Translations under genes and position numbers: made by a program
In this document: positions 12,601 to 24,852 of the stretch, piece after piece
How the letters are laid out: each line of letters opens with the position of its first letter
How positions within the stretch are numbered: the stretch's first letter is position 1
The notes under the pieces: generated by a model
Database searches by the model: none
Told to the model about the DNA's origin: nothing
The model's input: the letters and a program-made list of their open reading frames with translations, nothing else
Source: Asterias rubens
Taxonomy: Eukaryota
DNA: 64,000 bases
Direction: 5' to 3'
NCBI RefSeq assembly: GCF_902459465.1
Contig: NC_047062.1
Span: 9,114,001 to 9,178,000 of the forward strand

Positions 12601-15600
12601 ACCGAGCATGCCGAGATACTGAGGGCTCCATGCCCTAGACGATCATCAGAACATATTATTGGATAAAAACGGCTCAATCGAACGCGGAAAACAGTTTTAC
12701 CGCTGGGAAGATATGGGCACTTAAAACAAACATGAACACGACGCTAAAACAAAAAATTAAACAAACAAAACATTGATACAAACCGCTGAGAAAACTCACC
12801 GAAATATTATCCATATTCCATGAAACAGAACACGTTTTATTTTTGTGTTTTATACCACCGTTTCCGATTTAATACCTTTAGTTTGTACCTCAATCGATTG
12901 GAAGTTGCGATCTCTCAAAAGCTGGTGCTGCGATTTTTATTCCGATTCGTTCATAAACACAACTACACACGTGCAAGTTACGTAAATACATGTACTTTGC
13001 AGTATTTTCCCAACTTCCCAACAACGTGGTGATTGCTGGCGAAGGGAATTTCCCCTACACACAGCCTCGCACCCACGGCAGTTCATTCTCCTAATTTGAA
13101 AGTACAGCACGCTAGGAACGATGACAGCATTAGAAAGGCACATCCACAGGATCGGTGATGGATAACTATGGGATATGATCCCTATGGGATGGCAGCGCTG
13201 TGCATGTGAGAAGCATTAAAAAATATGCTCCTTCGCTGCGCTCGTAGTATAGTATACGCATGAAAATATAATTTTGTTTCAGAATTTACTCAATCATGTG
13301 CGTGGGCTGTTGTTAAACTGCATACACCAATCGAGAGAGTTTCGCCAACTCGGTAAGCGGCAAGAACGTAATATAAATACTTGGTGCTTTTCGGCATCAG
13401 AGGCAACAGAAACCGTATACAAGCACTCCGGGTCCCGGGCGTGTGCATTGAACCACACAATGGGTCGTCCGTTGCGAGTTAAAACCGGATGTCATTCTGT
13501 CCACACGCAGTGTTAAAAGATAAACCCGAACTGGTTTAGACTTAGACCGCCTCGCTGGACGGTTTAAGTTTGGGGGTTTAAACCCGATCCGGTCTAACTT
13601 TTTTTGCGTTCAGACGCACAAAAGTTGAATCCGAACCGGTCTAAGTTGAGTTAGACCCACTTTAGCAGACCATAATTTTAAAGGAGCGCGATCGCGCTCG
13701 CGCTCCTCCGCGCTCCTTAATGTTTTCCAAGGAGAGCAAAAAAAAGCGCTCCTTACAAATTTAACAAGAGCATGTTTTTTCAATACCCTAATTGTTGATT
13801 AAAATAAGCCGCTTGAATCTCGGAGTTTATAAGCCTGCTGCCACTTGAATGTTGCGAGTTGGCAGTGGCAAACGAGTCCTATTATAGTCTGCTCTGACTG
13901 TGTTTGCGTGCGCGCGTGCTTGATGATTACCGCAGCCGGTCACACAGACGAATGTGAGCGATTCCACACTGGTTGTGTTTTTGCGCGCACGTGCTTGATG
14001 TTTACCGCAGCCGGTCACACAGACGTATCTGTGTGGGGCCTATAGAATTCCACACTGGTGGGCGGGCTCTTACACTAAAGAGTGGTACCGCAAATACACG
14101 CTCATGATTGGTTAAGTATTTTGTCATGATAAAAGTATGCCGTAAAGGGGGGGGGGGGGGGGATCTCCGGCCACCTGGCTGGACAAACGCATTTTGGAGT
14201 AAAAACAATTGAAAGGAACTGGGATCATGCACAGTAAACTACAGTAAGAGCCCCATGCTGCTCGACGTGAAAATTTTGTTTGCTTATGCTGGATTATGAC
14301 ATCAAGATGTCAAGTGTTCAATTATCAACATTCTTGAGGTGGAATTTGGAAAGTTATGGTTACGAGACGGCACCAATAAATGACAGGGTCATGGTAACCA
14401 AAATTTGGTGTAAGGTTTGTCGGACATATATCGACAAAATCAAGCAGGATAAAAGAATTCGTGGACAAGCCCAAGACATGAGCTAGATAGAACGCCAAGG
14501 GACAGCCGACCGGAACTACTCCCATTTTGTGCATTTCGTCCGATACTTTTCGTGGATTCATGAAAACATCGTCAAATAATTATTCTCAAGATATACCTGC
14601 AACTTTAAACACTTTTACAACCCCACAGTGATAAAAAGGTACACTGATTCGAATAATAAATACTTGTTGCTCACAAAAACGCTGTTTTAATGGCGAAAAT
14701 GTGTGTCAAACTTCATAAAAAATGTCCCGCTGAATTACACACAAAATGGTGGCCATTGAGAAAGTTTTCGCCGTTACGTCATGAACTTGGGTCTCACTCG
14801 GGCCCACACAGCTTTGACGTCAAAGCTAATCATACGCACTGGGGATGGTCAGATCTGGGTCGACCCGGGAAATCTAATCGAACGCACCCGCAAGTAATTG
14901 TATGCCCCCCCCCCAACCCAAAGGATATTTTTGGCTCCAATTCAAGTCCCGCCCGCCCAGCTCTCGAGCCCAGCCCTCAAACCCCTCGTACATTTTAAAT
15001 AGCGCCGTTGCAACAACTACTGCCAGCGCGCGTCCTTCATTCTTGGCGCTTGCAACGCCGGTCCAATCACAAGTCACATAATCGCGTACTGATGCATATG
15101 GAAGATCCCACGTACTACCCATTGTATGCAGATATTTTTCCAGACCAATCACAAGCACACATGGTGTTGTAGCTCATGCATATGGATAAGTTTGCACTGT
15201 GTATAATAATTATGTACTGCATGTCCAGTACAAGTGTACAAAAGTATGGCCCGTGGTCGGCCCTGTGTGCAGTATGTGAAGCTGGCCGTACCAAGGCAGG
15301 CTAATCAGTCGCGGTCGTTTTGTGGCGCGATCGACGATCGGCAGCAGTCGGTGGTTCCCCACACTGCTTCATAGTACCAATACGGATTACGCTGACGTAC
15401 ATGTACACACTACGGTGCCGATGTGCACAGCCACAGACAAGAATGTTTCTTTGCTCTGGAGAGAGCTACAGACAACTACAGTATTAAACAAGCCCCAAGA
15501 AATAACAAAATAATTGAAAAATAGCGGACACAATTTTTTTTTTGACAGTTTTTCTGTTATCTTTAGGCAAATTCACAAAAGATAATTACTATAAAGTTAA

Positions 15601-18600
15601 GACAATTTCATTCTCTGCCATATTTTGTACTTAGGCCTATTCTTTTTTTTCTCAAAGGGTGGCAACATTCACAGCGGATAACCAAACTTTTTATTTTTAG
15701 GGGGGGGGGGTGCCTGGGGATATACATAATTGTGGGGTCTATTTAATTTATCGAAACATTCATTTTGATTGCAAAAAAGTTGTTTCATGATTAAAGTAAA
15801 CTCATTAAATTGAGTAAGAAAAAGTTAAACAACTGGTGAACTTTGTGTTCATTTTCTTGAGTACGTGTTCATTAAACTTGGGTTTTGTTAGCGAGAGCAA
15901 AACGCTCTCCTTAATTCATTTTCTTGAATTAAGGAGAGCAATTTACAGCTCTCCTCGGATTTATTAAAATGAAGGCCTGCTTTAGTACGGCGTGTGAACG
16001 ACCTCAAAAACCCACATGCATTTCTGGCCCAGGACGTATCACAGCCGATGTCAACCACCACGCATGACTGGAAGTCAACCACCAGCATTTTGGGCAGCTT
16101 CTCTAACCTACCGACACGCAGCTCTTTGATCACCAAATTATATGTAAAAATCTACATGAACATACGTGTGCACGACAGCTAAATACGACTTTAAAGATTA
16201 GCGGGCGTCCTTTTCTTTGCAATGGAAAAGGAGCAGTGACTAGGACGCCAGCTCTGGTCTCTCTCTTTATTCCTACAAGTTTGTAATAGTTGATACCAAA
16301 AGCACATTCCACTAACTGGATGTGATTTATTCATCACAGGAACAATCAAATTAGTTTTGCCCTTCTCTACAGTACTTTAACTCTACCATGTACTTTACTT
16401 ACCCAACTTACCTTTATCTTGGCTTTTGTCCTTTTCAATACATTTACATGTATTTTCTTTCAGTAGTTGTACAATGCCAATATGCTTCTACCAAAAGCAA
16501 GAGTTTAAGTTTGCAACACCGCTGTTTAATGGTACACAAGCGCATATGTACAGTAACTAGCAAAATACAACATTACACTGTTCATAAGTTTCTCTTCTCT
16601 TTTTGCCATAACAATTCAAAATTCATGTAAGTATTATGTAGAAGTGTATCACAACAAAGATACTAAACAACCTTGTCACAATTACATTTTCCCCATGCAA
16701 CAATGACAAATTTATGCAGTCTACAGTGTACATCACTCGGTCATGAATTTTTCATTAAAATGTTCATGACATACATGTACTACATGTAGTAAACTTTCTT
16801 TTTTGAATACATTTATGAGGTCATAGAGTGAACAGCAGTTGTCTGCATGTACTTGTCACTCCGGTTTTATTTGCAACCACTGCTACTGCAGTAAAATTTG
16901 TCAGAAGATAGATATGTTACACAGGTCCACCTTGCATTATTATCAAATATGTACAGTATGTGAAATAATTTGGTGACAAAAAGAGTGTGTCATTCACATG
17001 TACCAACAGTAGTTTGCCACCACCAACAAAATAACCAACATTGTGCCAATCATAGTCAAACATAGCACTTTGAGTCAAATTCATAATAAATTCCTATCAC
17101 AGGTTCATACTTCCTGCAAAGCAAATTTTCTTGCGTCACAATTTCCTAAACAAAGCATACCAGTTATTACGTCACCAAAAAATCGCTTTGCATTCGCAGG
17201 AAGTATGAGCCAGGCTTATGAACTTACTCAAATCAAATAAATTGAGAGCAAACCCAACAATAAAAATTGTTTACGTACCTATTGAGGTAGATGATTTACC
17301 ATCTGGTGGATTTTTGCCGCCACCGATTCCTAACACCCCTCCTCGCCCCATCGCTCTGGGTACACTTGCCATCACATCGCTCCCAGATGAGGATCCAATG
17401 CTTGGCAGGGAAGTTGTAACATGAACATCAGGATCAACATTACCGGGTAGCGGCTGCGGGGAAAGCGAGTCCGTCATGTAGTTGGCTTCATCAACATCTC
17501 CACCTCCATCAAAAAGGTCAAAGGCTTCATTGTTCACACTCGGTGGGCTGGAATCCATTCCAGTGAGATTGGAAGAATCAGTTAGGCGTGTGCCGCCGGG
17601 ATGTCCAATTCCCATAGACCCGCTTAGGAAGTTATCATCCAAGGTTCCAGTTACTGAATTATCTGTTATCAGACCATGCTCCTGAAGGAGCTGGTCGTCA
17701 TTGTAATTGATCATGCTCAGCATCTGATCGGCGGATGTCCGATAGGGCATGGCTGGACTGTTACTGTGTCGAGACAGCGAAGCTGGACTGTCTTGACTTG
17801 GCTCTGAGAAGGCTACAGACACACTTACAGATAACGGCAGCATGGATTTATCAACAAGGTGACCACCAACACCATCGGACATAGTCTGCATGTTGGGCGA
17901 GGTTTTATCATTGTTATTCTCATTGTGATGTTGGTGGGCAAGGACCAAGTTGCCTCTGATATCCTTGGTCAATTGCCTCTCACCCTCTTTGGCAGGTTTT
18001 CCATCAAACATGTGTGTTCCTTGCTGCCGCAAGGGGATCATGTTCATAGAAGACTGTCCACTTTGAAAAGGTAGGTTATCCCTTCCAAATGTAAAAGACT
18101 CACTGATAGGGAAGCCAAGCGCCTTGTCCATGACCTTACTATATATGTTTGCGACACTGGGGTTAAACAGTGTCTGACCCCCAGCCATGGCATGCTGGGC
18201 AACTGCAGGGAAGCCAGCTATGGCCGGATCTGATCCCCTCAGGGGTAGCCTTCCAGTAGTTTGATAGTTATTCCAGTCACCTAGATGAGGTAGCAGATTC
18301 CTGACCTGTCGGCTCATGTTCAACCTTGGCTGTTGGAATGGGCTCAAGAACTGTTTCACATCGGCTGACTGACTGAGATTCAAGGGCTGTTGCGGGAGGG
18401 CTGTCAGGTGCTGCTGACTAACATGCAAGTAGTCCCGCTGCAAAAAATGGCCTCCTTGATGACTTGCCTGGCTGGTTGATAAGCCTTCTCCGATTCCCAC
18501 TGAGTTGTTACCGAGTAGGTTACCTCGATCTGCTGATGTTAAATCTGCAAGAAGCTCCGGAGGGATCTCCTGACTGGAATCAAGGAGGGGGAGACTACGA

Positions 18601-18857
18601 CTTCGCTGTACGGGCTGGCAAGGAGGTGACAACGAGTTGCTAACATTGGAAGGTGTCGAAAGGGTGGTGGGGAGCATTTCATTGTTGCCTGGCAGGACAG
18701 TAACCGGATTCTGCATGCTGTCCAGAGATGAGCTTCGCTGAACAGCTGCAGGCACTGTCTGAGCTTCATTTTTAACCATACTCAAGTTGCCGTCCATACC
18801 AGATAAGGCCATGTCTGTGTTTTGAGGGCCCAATAAGGGATCCTTTGATGTCTTGAC
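448..18857 (-). CDS. ZNF541: ZNF541/TRERF1-like C2H2 zinc-finger transcriptional regulator, partial; supported exons 18857-17279 and 661-448, 3' part lies left of the window
   Basis: Exon 661-448 encodes CQVCGKIFGSSSALAKHKLIHSSERRHKCVLCAKSFKRQDHL, which matches from memory the N-terminal finger pair of ZNF541 (C..CGK.F.S.S.L.KH.L.HS.ER.H.C..C.K.FKRQDHL). The phase-1 donor at 17278 (ATA G|gtacgt) joins the phase-1 acceptor at 662 (ccag|GG) in frame. Orthology is not tested by search. Confidence 0.72.
4089..5034. mobile_element. MITE with ~110-bp imperfect terminal inverted repeats
   Basis: AGGGTCCGTTTCTGGGC...GTGGGTTTTGGTCGTC is mirrored at 4923-5034; no clean TSD. Confidence 0.8.
5567..5633 (+). 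promoter_or_regulatory. Candidate Pol II core promoter (CCAAT, TATA, Inr), antisense to the host gene
   Basis: CCAAT 5567-5571, TATAAAG 5600-5606, TCAGTT 5628-5633 with the A at 5630 exactly 30 nt after the TATA T. Motif evidence only. Confidence 0.5.
5630..6006 (+). repeat. Exact 36-bp direct repeat pair (5630-5665 and 5971-6006)
   Basis: AGTTGCTGTAATAGAAGCTGTCCTAAATTATCAGGT occurs twice, each ending in a CAG|GT donor-like site. Confidence 0.95.
6050..7360 (+). repeat. Complex tandem array: about 4 x 101-bp units (6151-6560), 70-bp units (6581-6650 and 6857-7136) and two copies of a ~206-bp block (6651-6856, 7137-7343), all with related hairpin modules
   Basis: Periods read directly (ACTCCGC at 6151, 6252, 6353, 6457; GAGTC at 6857, 6927, 6997, 7067, 7137). 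Shared core CCAGYCNGGGRCTGAAGGT occurs in 10 full and 3 degenerate copies. Confidence 0.95.
8773..9141. mobile_element. Palindromic TTAA-flanked MITE; partial relative at 7680-7900
   Basis: TTAA at 8769-8772 and 9142-9145; the arms are inverted around GAAAATAATTTTCGTCTC...GAGACGAAAATTATTTT. Confidence 0.82.
10200..10700 (-). mobile_element. Highly decayed CR1/L2-like LINE fragment
   Basis: Minus-strand ERFGVIVHAD*PWTKYHN resembles the LGV..D..L.W..H.N motif downstream of the RT core; many stops. Confidence 0.35.
11093..11268. mobile_element. Harbinger-like MITE with CAG TSD; relatives at 20640-20870, 37252-37397, 48858-49601 and 56403-56570
   Basis: TIR GGCC(A/C)AATTTC(A/T)TGGCTCTGCT; CAG on both sides. 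Confidence 0.8.
13905..14060 (+). repeat. Imperfect direct repeat pair of about 75-80 bp
   Basis: CGTGCTTGATG(A/T)TTACCGCAGCCGGTCACACAGACG...TTCCACACTGGT twice. Confidence 0.85.
14280..14486 (+). pseudogene. N-terminal fragment of a hAT (ZNF862/Tip100-like) transposase inside a composite DNA-transposon remnant (about 12333-14973)
   Basis: SSVQLSTFLRW...VTKIWCKVCRTYIDKIK resembles the zinc-binding N-terminus of such transposases. Possible TIRs CAGGGCTCGAA (12333) and TCGAGCCCAG (14964-14973), with no matching TSD. Confidence 0.45.
17279..18857 (-). CDS. ZNF541: Large 1579-nt exon of the ZNF541-like gene encoding an S/P/Q/G/M-rich, probably disordered region
   Basis: A 520-codon open frame bounded by acceptor ttttcacccccag|GTC (18858) and donor G|gtacgt (17278). 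The first in-frame ATG is at 18812 (gacATGG). Confidence 0.85.
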
Positions 18858-21800
18858 CTGGGGGTGAAAATGAACACCAAAACAGTTATTAAGACCTTAG
18901 TTAGTAAACTCAAAGTCTCTCATTGCCTTGGTGTCCTGTACTTTTGCTATGGTTCCCTCAACAACAGTACAAGGTTTCAATTCAAGTTACTTTTTCTACA
19001 TAGAAAAATGTTGTGCCCCTTCAATAGAGAAGTTCAAAGCCTGTACAGTGTACACCAAATGCAAGTTCCAGATTGAGACCAAGCCCAAGTACATGTATGA
19101 GACCACGATCAAAAGGTCTGGGACCAAGACTGACATCTGAAGGTCTGATACCGAGGCTGATTTAAGTTAAAATCTTTTGTGATAAAGCAAGGGTTACCAA
19201 GTTCTAAAAAGTCAGATCAAGGCCAATGAAATTTTTTAAATAATTTTGTTTTACCCGCATTGAATTATGGCTTAAGCAGGGAAAGCTTTATCAATCATTC
19301 CTTCTTTTCTGTGAATGATTTTAACACTAAAGACAAGTTAATGAACTACCCCTAGCATTCAGACATGACACGTAAACCAAATGGTTATTATTTTTTTCTA
19401 AAAAGAACCCTTCCATATGCCCCCCTTCTCAGAGTGTTCTTGTTGGATTGAAGTAATTTTCTTCAAAGACTTGGATTTGAGAATAGAAGGTTGGAAGAAA
19501 CTTAATTAAAAATTTCAAACAAAATCTCCCCAGATTGGTTAGCCGTATAAGCTTTCAATGACCTGATGTGCATAAAGTCTAAGGCTCACCTTAAACACAA
19601 GCAAAGCAATGACAAAATTGCTGTAGGCAAAACAAAACTTTCGCAACTTGCCCTGTGGGCTACCCAAAAACTGTTAAACCATTTTTTTTATAATGCTCAA
19701 ATTTCATGCTTTTCAGATTCGAATATAAAACCATAAATATGTTAATCTGTCTCTGTGTGCGTGAACGTTATGGTGGCAAAAGTTTGGTTTCGCAGCTCTA
19801 TATTCCAATTATTTACATGTAGTAACTTATTATACCGTAAGCGAATCATTTTCACAAGGCGGAAAGTCAGAACTGAAATTTCAGTCAGATTTTCACAATC
19901 TCAAGGTTAAATTTCTGACAAAAAGATTTGTAATCTCTGGTACATGTATATGTACATGAATCTGTCATACCATTGTGCATTTTTTTCCTCCTAAGCCGTG
20001 TACACACAAAGTCTCGTTTCTACAAGTACATTTCACGTTATTTCACCACAAATTGTGCAGTTCTGCTTGGAACTGACTTTTACATGGTCGAGTGACTAAA
20101 GCTATTCAAAGCTATGTATGCAGCCTTCTGTGGGTTTGACACCGAGTTACTCAACAAGCAAACTTGCCATGGGGCATTATGCCCACAACACAATTATCCT
20201 ACAATGTAATAGTTTATCCCTTCTGCCGTTGAACCAACAACAACAATTTTGTCCAGTTTTTATTTAGATAACATCATTCTAACCAAGTCGAAACATGTGT
20301 TCAGTTTGAGATTTGAGTGCGAGTGCAATCCTTCCACTTGTGGTACGATCCATGTGCCCTGACTGATCGTATTGACCTACACTCGGTGTACTCTGATTTT
20401 TTTGGCTAAAACAACGCAATTTTCTAGGAAACAAGGACTGAAACCATAAGACAACTAACCACAAGTTACATGAGCACCATCTAACCATAATATTAATTGG
20501 TTCGCTATGAAAAAATGTCTACGTGCTAAACGCCTAATTTAAATTTGGAGGCTCAAAACTTGATGAATTGAGAGAGCTATTAAATAATTCATAACAATTA
20601 TCTAAGATGTAAGATGTAATGTGCTCCTCTGATAACCAGGGCCCAATTTCATAAAGCCTGTAAGCACAAAAATGTGCTTAGTATGAAATTTCTTCCTTAA
20701 AATAAAACAGGATTTAATACCAACCACATGATTTTCAGGATAAGCAAACAGCTGAATGCTAGTAACAAGCAATATGCAACAAATTAAAATTTGGTTGGTA
20801 ATCTTGTTTTTATCAAGAAAGAAATATCATCCTAAGCAAATTTTTGTGCTAACAGGCTTTATGAACACCCTTATCCTTTTGAACAGGCCCATCATTTTAA
20901 ATATCAACCAAATTTACCCAGTTATTTTACAACAATGCGCCCAGTACATGTATATATTTTACAAATAAACAAATTTACCCAGTATATTCTACACACACAA
21001 AAACATGATCAATATGTACACTAAAACCATCAATAATTGTTCATTTGTAAATATATTATAACACGTCCTAGGATCATGCACACTGTGGTACCTATGTAAT
21101 GTAATGTACTCGCATGGTGCAATTATGTACTGTTAAAGATGATGTGCAACACATAAATGTAGACTACATGTAGTGCAAATTTGCCAGTAGAAAATTTACA
21201 ATTTGATTTTAATTATAACGGTCAACATTTTGGGTTTTTTTAGGTTTCAAACTTGGATACATCCATTGAATGCATGCTATCCTAAAGAATCATTTAGACA
21301 GTTATTTCAAATTCAACTTAAACCAATATTTTTAAAATGCCTTGTAAGTTAATGTACAGGGAGAGGGGTCAAGCATTTCACATTTACTTGTCTGTAGTTA
21401 GGCCTGTGTGATTTTGTTAAACATATTAGTTTTGAGCAATTTTCTTATGCTTTGAAAAACACAATCGCATGCACTATGGATGCACAGTTTAAACAAAGGT
21501 GAAGTTTTTTGAAGCAATGTAGTTGCAGCATTACTGGGCTGTCCAGGGGAAACACGCGCAAGCAGAACCCCTGTTCAATCACCACAATGTATGTGGCTTC
21601 AATACATGTAGTGTGTGGCTATATAAAGCAATGCATTCATCAAACACACTAATGAACAATGCATTAGTAAGTGATGTGGATTTGATCAGAGAAGACTGTC
21701 TGCACACGCATTTGTTAGCTAAGTTTTTTGATGTTTGAGTTTGAAATATATTTATTTTAAAACTGAACACAAAAGTTCTTCTTGTCCAGGATGAATTTGT

Positions 21801-22189
21801 GAAATTTTAGTAAACTTCTTCAAATATTTTGTTTATGAGAAATTCTGATCCCCTGGAAACCACTGTGTGGGCTATACAAAATGCATAATGCAAGAGAAGG
21901 CAAACAGTGACTAAAGGACTGCATTTACTTTCTTTTCATAAACGAAGTGAAGAGTGAAAAACTTGTTTTCCTAGATATTAGCATTCACATTAATTCAAAA
22001 CCTTGGTACCACACACATTTCTGTCCAAACTCCCCACTAACTGTATCCTGCATTTCTTTTACCACAACCCTTTTGATATGATAGTTTGCATATTGTAAGG
22101 AAGGAAATACAGTGTATGAATTTTGAAAAGCATGCATAGCTAGCATTTTGCATTACAAATGTGATTATGAGCTTATTATTCTTCAATAA

Positions 22190-22519
22190 GACTGGTTCCT
22201 CAACCATTCATCCAATACTGTCACAGTGGTCCAGATGTTCATGCTTCAGGTACCATACTTTGTGCATTGAAGTGCCATCTTCAATCAACTGCGGCTGCAA
22301 TGTAACTTGGTGTCATATCACATCCTGGAACTCTCTACCACTTAATCTTCGATCTTGTGTTTGTACCGCAAAATTCAAGTCTCTTCTCAAAACTTATCTT
22401 ATGTCACAGGTTTTCAATGACTAATTTTGTTGTGTCTGTTTTTCTTTGTGTTTTGTTTTTGTTTTGGTTTTACTGCGCCTTGAACACCCAGCAGGGTGGA
22501 TATGTGCGCATTACAAGTC

Positions 22520-22553
<34 letters not shown>
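22190..22553 (+). mobile_element. 3' end of an L2/CR1-type LINE with (ATT)n tail
   Basis: WNSLPLNLRSC..AKFKSLLKTYLM* is the typical ORF2 C-terminus; then GCGCCTTGAACACCC...GTGCGCATTACAAG and an (ATT) run. Confidence 0.85.
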
Positions 22554-22554
<1 letters not shown>

Positions 22555-23380
22555 CAATAGCAATGCTGAAAGTTTGACTTGTCTTCTGTATGGATCCGGA
22601 AAACTACTATGGTCATACGATAAAACGTTTTTATAACTCTTAGAAAGGATCAAGTTTTGGTCAATTGTACGATTAATGGTAGGCATTGATACACCACCAA
22701 TACATACAGCAGCTACCTGAGGCTTTCACAAACCAAGTTTGTTTGTAATTGTAGTGCATTATATGTTAGGCATTGATACACCACCAATACATACAGCAGC
22801 TACCTGAGGCTTTCACAAATCAAGTTCGTTTGTAATTGTGCATTATAGCCTCCTACTCACTGCCACCTTCCAAACTTATGAATGAACTCACAAGAATTGA
22901 TTTTGCAAAGGCTAACTAGCTATTAGTGTTAGGTTCATCTACTACCAACATACATGTGGCGTGCACTGCAAGGTTTAGGAAACATTATTGGCCATAGTTT
23001 TTGTTGGAAAGCACAATTTTCTCATGGAATTCGTGGGCAGCTTCCGAATGAGTGCATGTAGGTCACATGGGAAGGCAGCCCATGAAAGCATGTTGGGCAG
23101 GAAACTGGGAGGTCACGATGCAGGGGAAATGGAGTTAATGCGATGACTAACCCCACGGTGTACTGTGCATGCAACACAGACTGCCTTTCGGGGGGTAGCA
23201 CTGATTTATAGAGTGGAAGTATTGCAGAACTGCGCACCAAACGCTGTGCCAGCGTGAATCAAAATCTACTAGTTGATGCAGTGCAACTATTATTTGATAG
23301 GGCTGAGACACGATGCTATATTTGGCGTCTACTAAGCGATGTGCGAAAAAAATCCCCATGAAACAGTTATTCCCAGGGTT

Positions 23381-24179
23381 CAGACATGCCAACCTCTAGG
23401 ATCACAAAACTGTATTCTGAAACCCCAAAACCGGTATTTTGCATCAAAAACCTGTATTTTTTTTTAAACACACGTAAACGTAGTTTTAAGCCCCAAGATA
23501 GGCAAAATAGAGAAGGTGTGAAGGCCTTAAGTTATCAAACAGCCTAATTAAACCAGTTAATTAAAACTAAAAAATAAAAAAATACAAAAAATACAAAAAA
23601 TACAAAAAATACAAAATAAAATATAAAAAAAATTGGGCAGAGGTTTCCCTACGGGGTTTCCCTACGGGTGGTTAACCCAATGGAACAGGTTTTGTATGAA
23701 AAAAAAGATATTGATAAATCATATCTTAAAGACATTGATTAATCATATCCTATTTCATATAGAAACCCTTGTCAATTAATTAAATATCATTTTCGCCCTC
23801 TGTTGTTCAATGAATTGTGTTAGACGGGTTCCCTGTGAAATCGGGACGTCAGATAAACTGGCGTGTAGTATGCAATGCAGGTTTGTGCTACTAGCGTGCG
23901 TGCAATGATGTGTGCGAGGGAATCTCCGTTGCGCTGTGGTGAAAGTTGAATAAGGAATACCCCCATGGAATAATAGAGTTCACTGGATAATCATTATCGG
24001 CCGTAAGTAGTTGGCCGAAAACTTATTTGTGTCAATAAAAAAATATTGAACTTGAGTTAAAAAAGGGCACGACGGCCAACTGGGATAAAATTGTATTTTT
24101 GCGGCGGCGATGCTCAAAACTGTATTGTTTACAAAAACCCGTACGAAATACGGGAAAAACGTACTAGTTAGCATGTCTG
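23381..24179 (+). mobile_element. Non-autonomous DNA transposon (hAT-like), 799 bp, with 6-bp TSD
   Basis: TIR CAGACATGCCAAC / GTTAGCATGTCTG (1 mismatch); AGGGTT flanks both ends (23375-23380, 24180-24185). Confidence 0.85.
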
Positions 24180-24718
24180 AGGGTTGCACTGACTGATGTG
24201 CTACAGTAGATTGTTGATAAGAACAGTACAGATCCATTATTGGGGCTAATGCACAAGGGAAAAACAGTTGTCCTAATGGGCCATCACTTTATCAACCTCA
24301 GAAAGTGTTGTAATTTACATCATTCACAAGTATATGCAAACTTATGCAAAATCTGCCATAAAAGTTGGCTTTTTGTGAAATTTTGTTAGAAAGAATAACA
24401 CAACTCATAAACGAGAGAAGTTAGTCAAGTTAGTCAAAATCAACAAATTTTAGGTAAATCCTATTGAAACAATAGAGGTTTTATGTTTAAAAGTACTTGC
24501 TCTGGTGTATCCCTCACACTCTACCTTCAAAATAAGTTGAATTTTCCTATAATTTTCCTATAATGATCAGCTCTACAAGTACTAGGAAATGTGCATTATA
24601 TAATACCCCAAAAGGTTTACTATCCAATTAACTTGATCTCTTCCTAACTCACTGCAAAAAACTTTTTTTAAATGAGTGCATAAAACAGCTGAACCTTACT
24701 AAGAGTTTGATAATAGAT

Positions 24719-24821
24719 TAGAGAACTATGACTCTTGCTTCTTATAAGTTGCCCTGTTCTTTATTTAATTTCAGATCCTGTCAACATTGCTTTAATCAGC
24801 AAATAGTCTTATACTTATTTA
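24719..24821 (+). repeat. 5' LTR (103 bp)
   Basis: TAGAGAACTATG...CTTATTTA, followed directly by TGCTGACAG (possible degenerate TGG primer-binding site). Confidence 0.9.
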
Positions 24822-24852
24822 TGCTGACAGTATCATTCTTCTCTCGTCCGTC

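Noticed and set aside
14146-14162. Long G/C homopolymers (also near 1965, 15700, 34790, 34935, 36135, 55268 and 61035) as G-quadruplex signals
   Set aside because: They are scattered mononucleotide runs with no consistent position, and their lengths are prone to sequencing error.
23020-23340. Possible extra exon of the zinc-finger gene
   Set aside because: No consistent open frame with matching splice sites; probably decayed repeat sequence.
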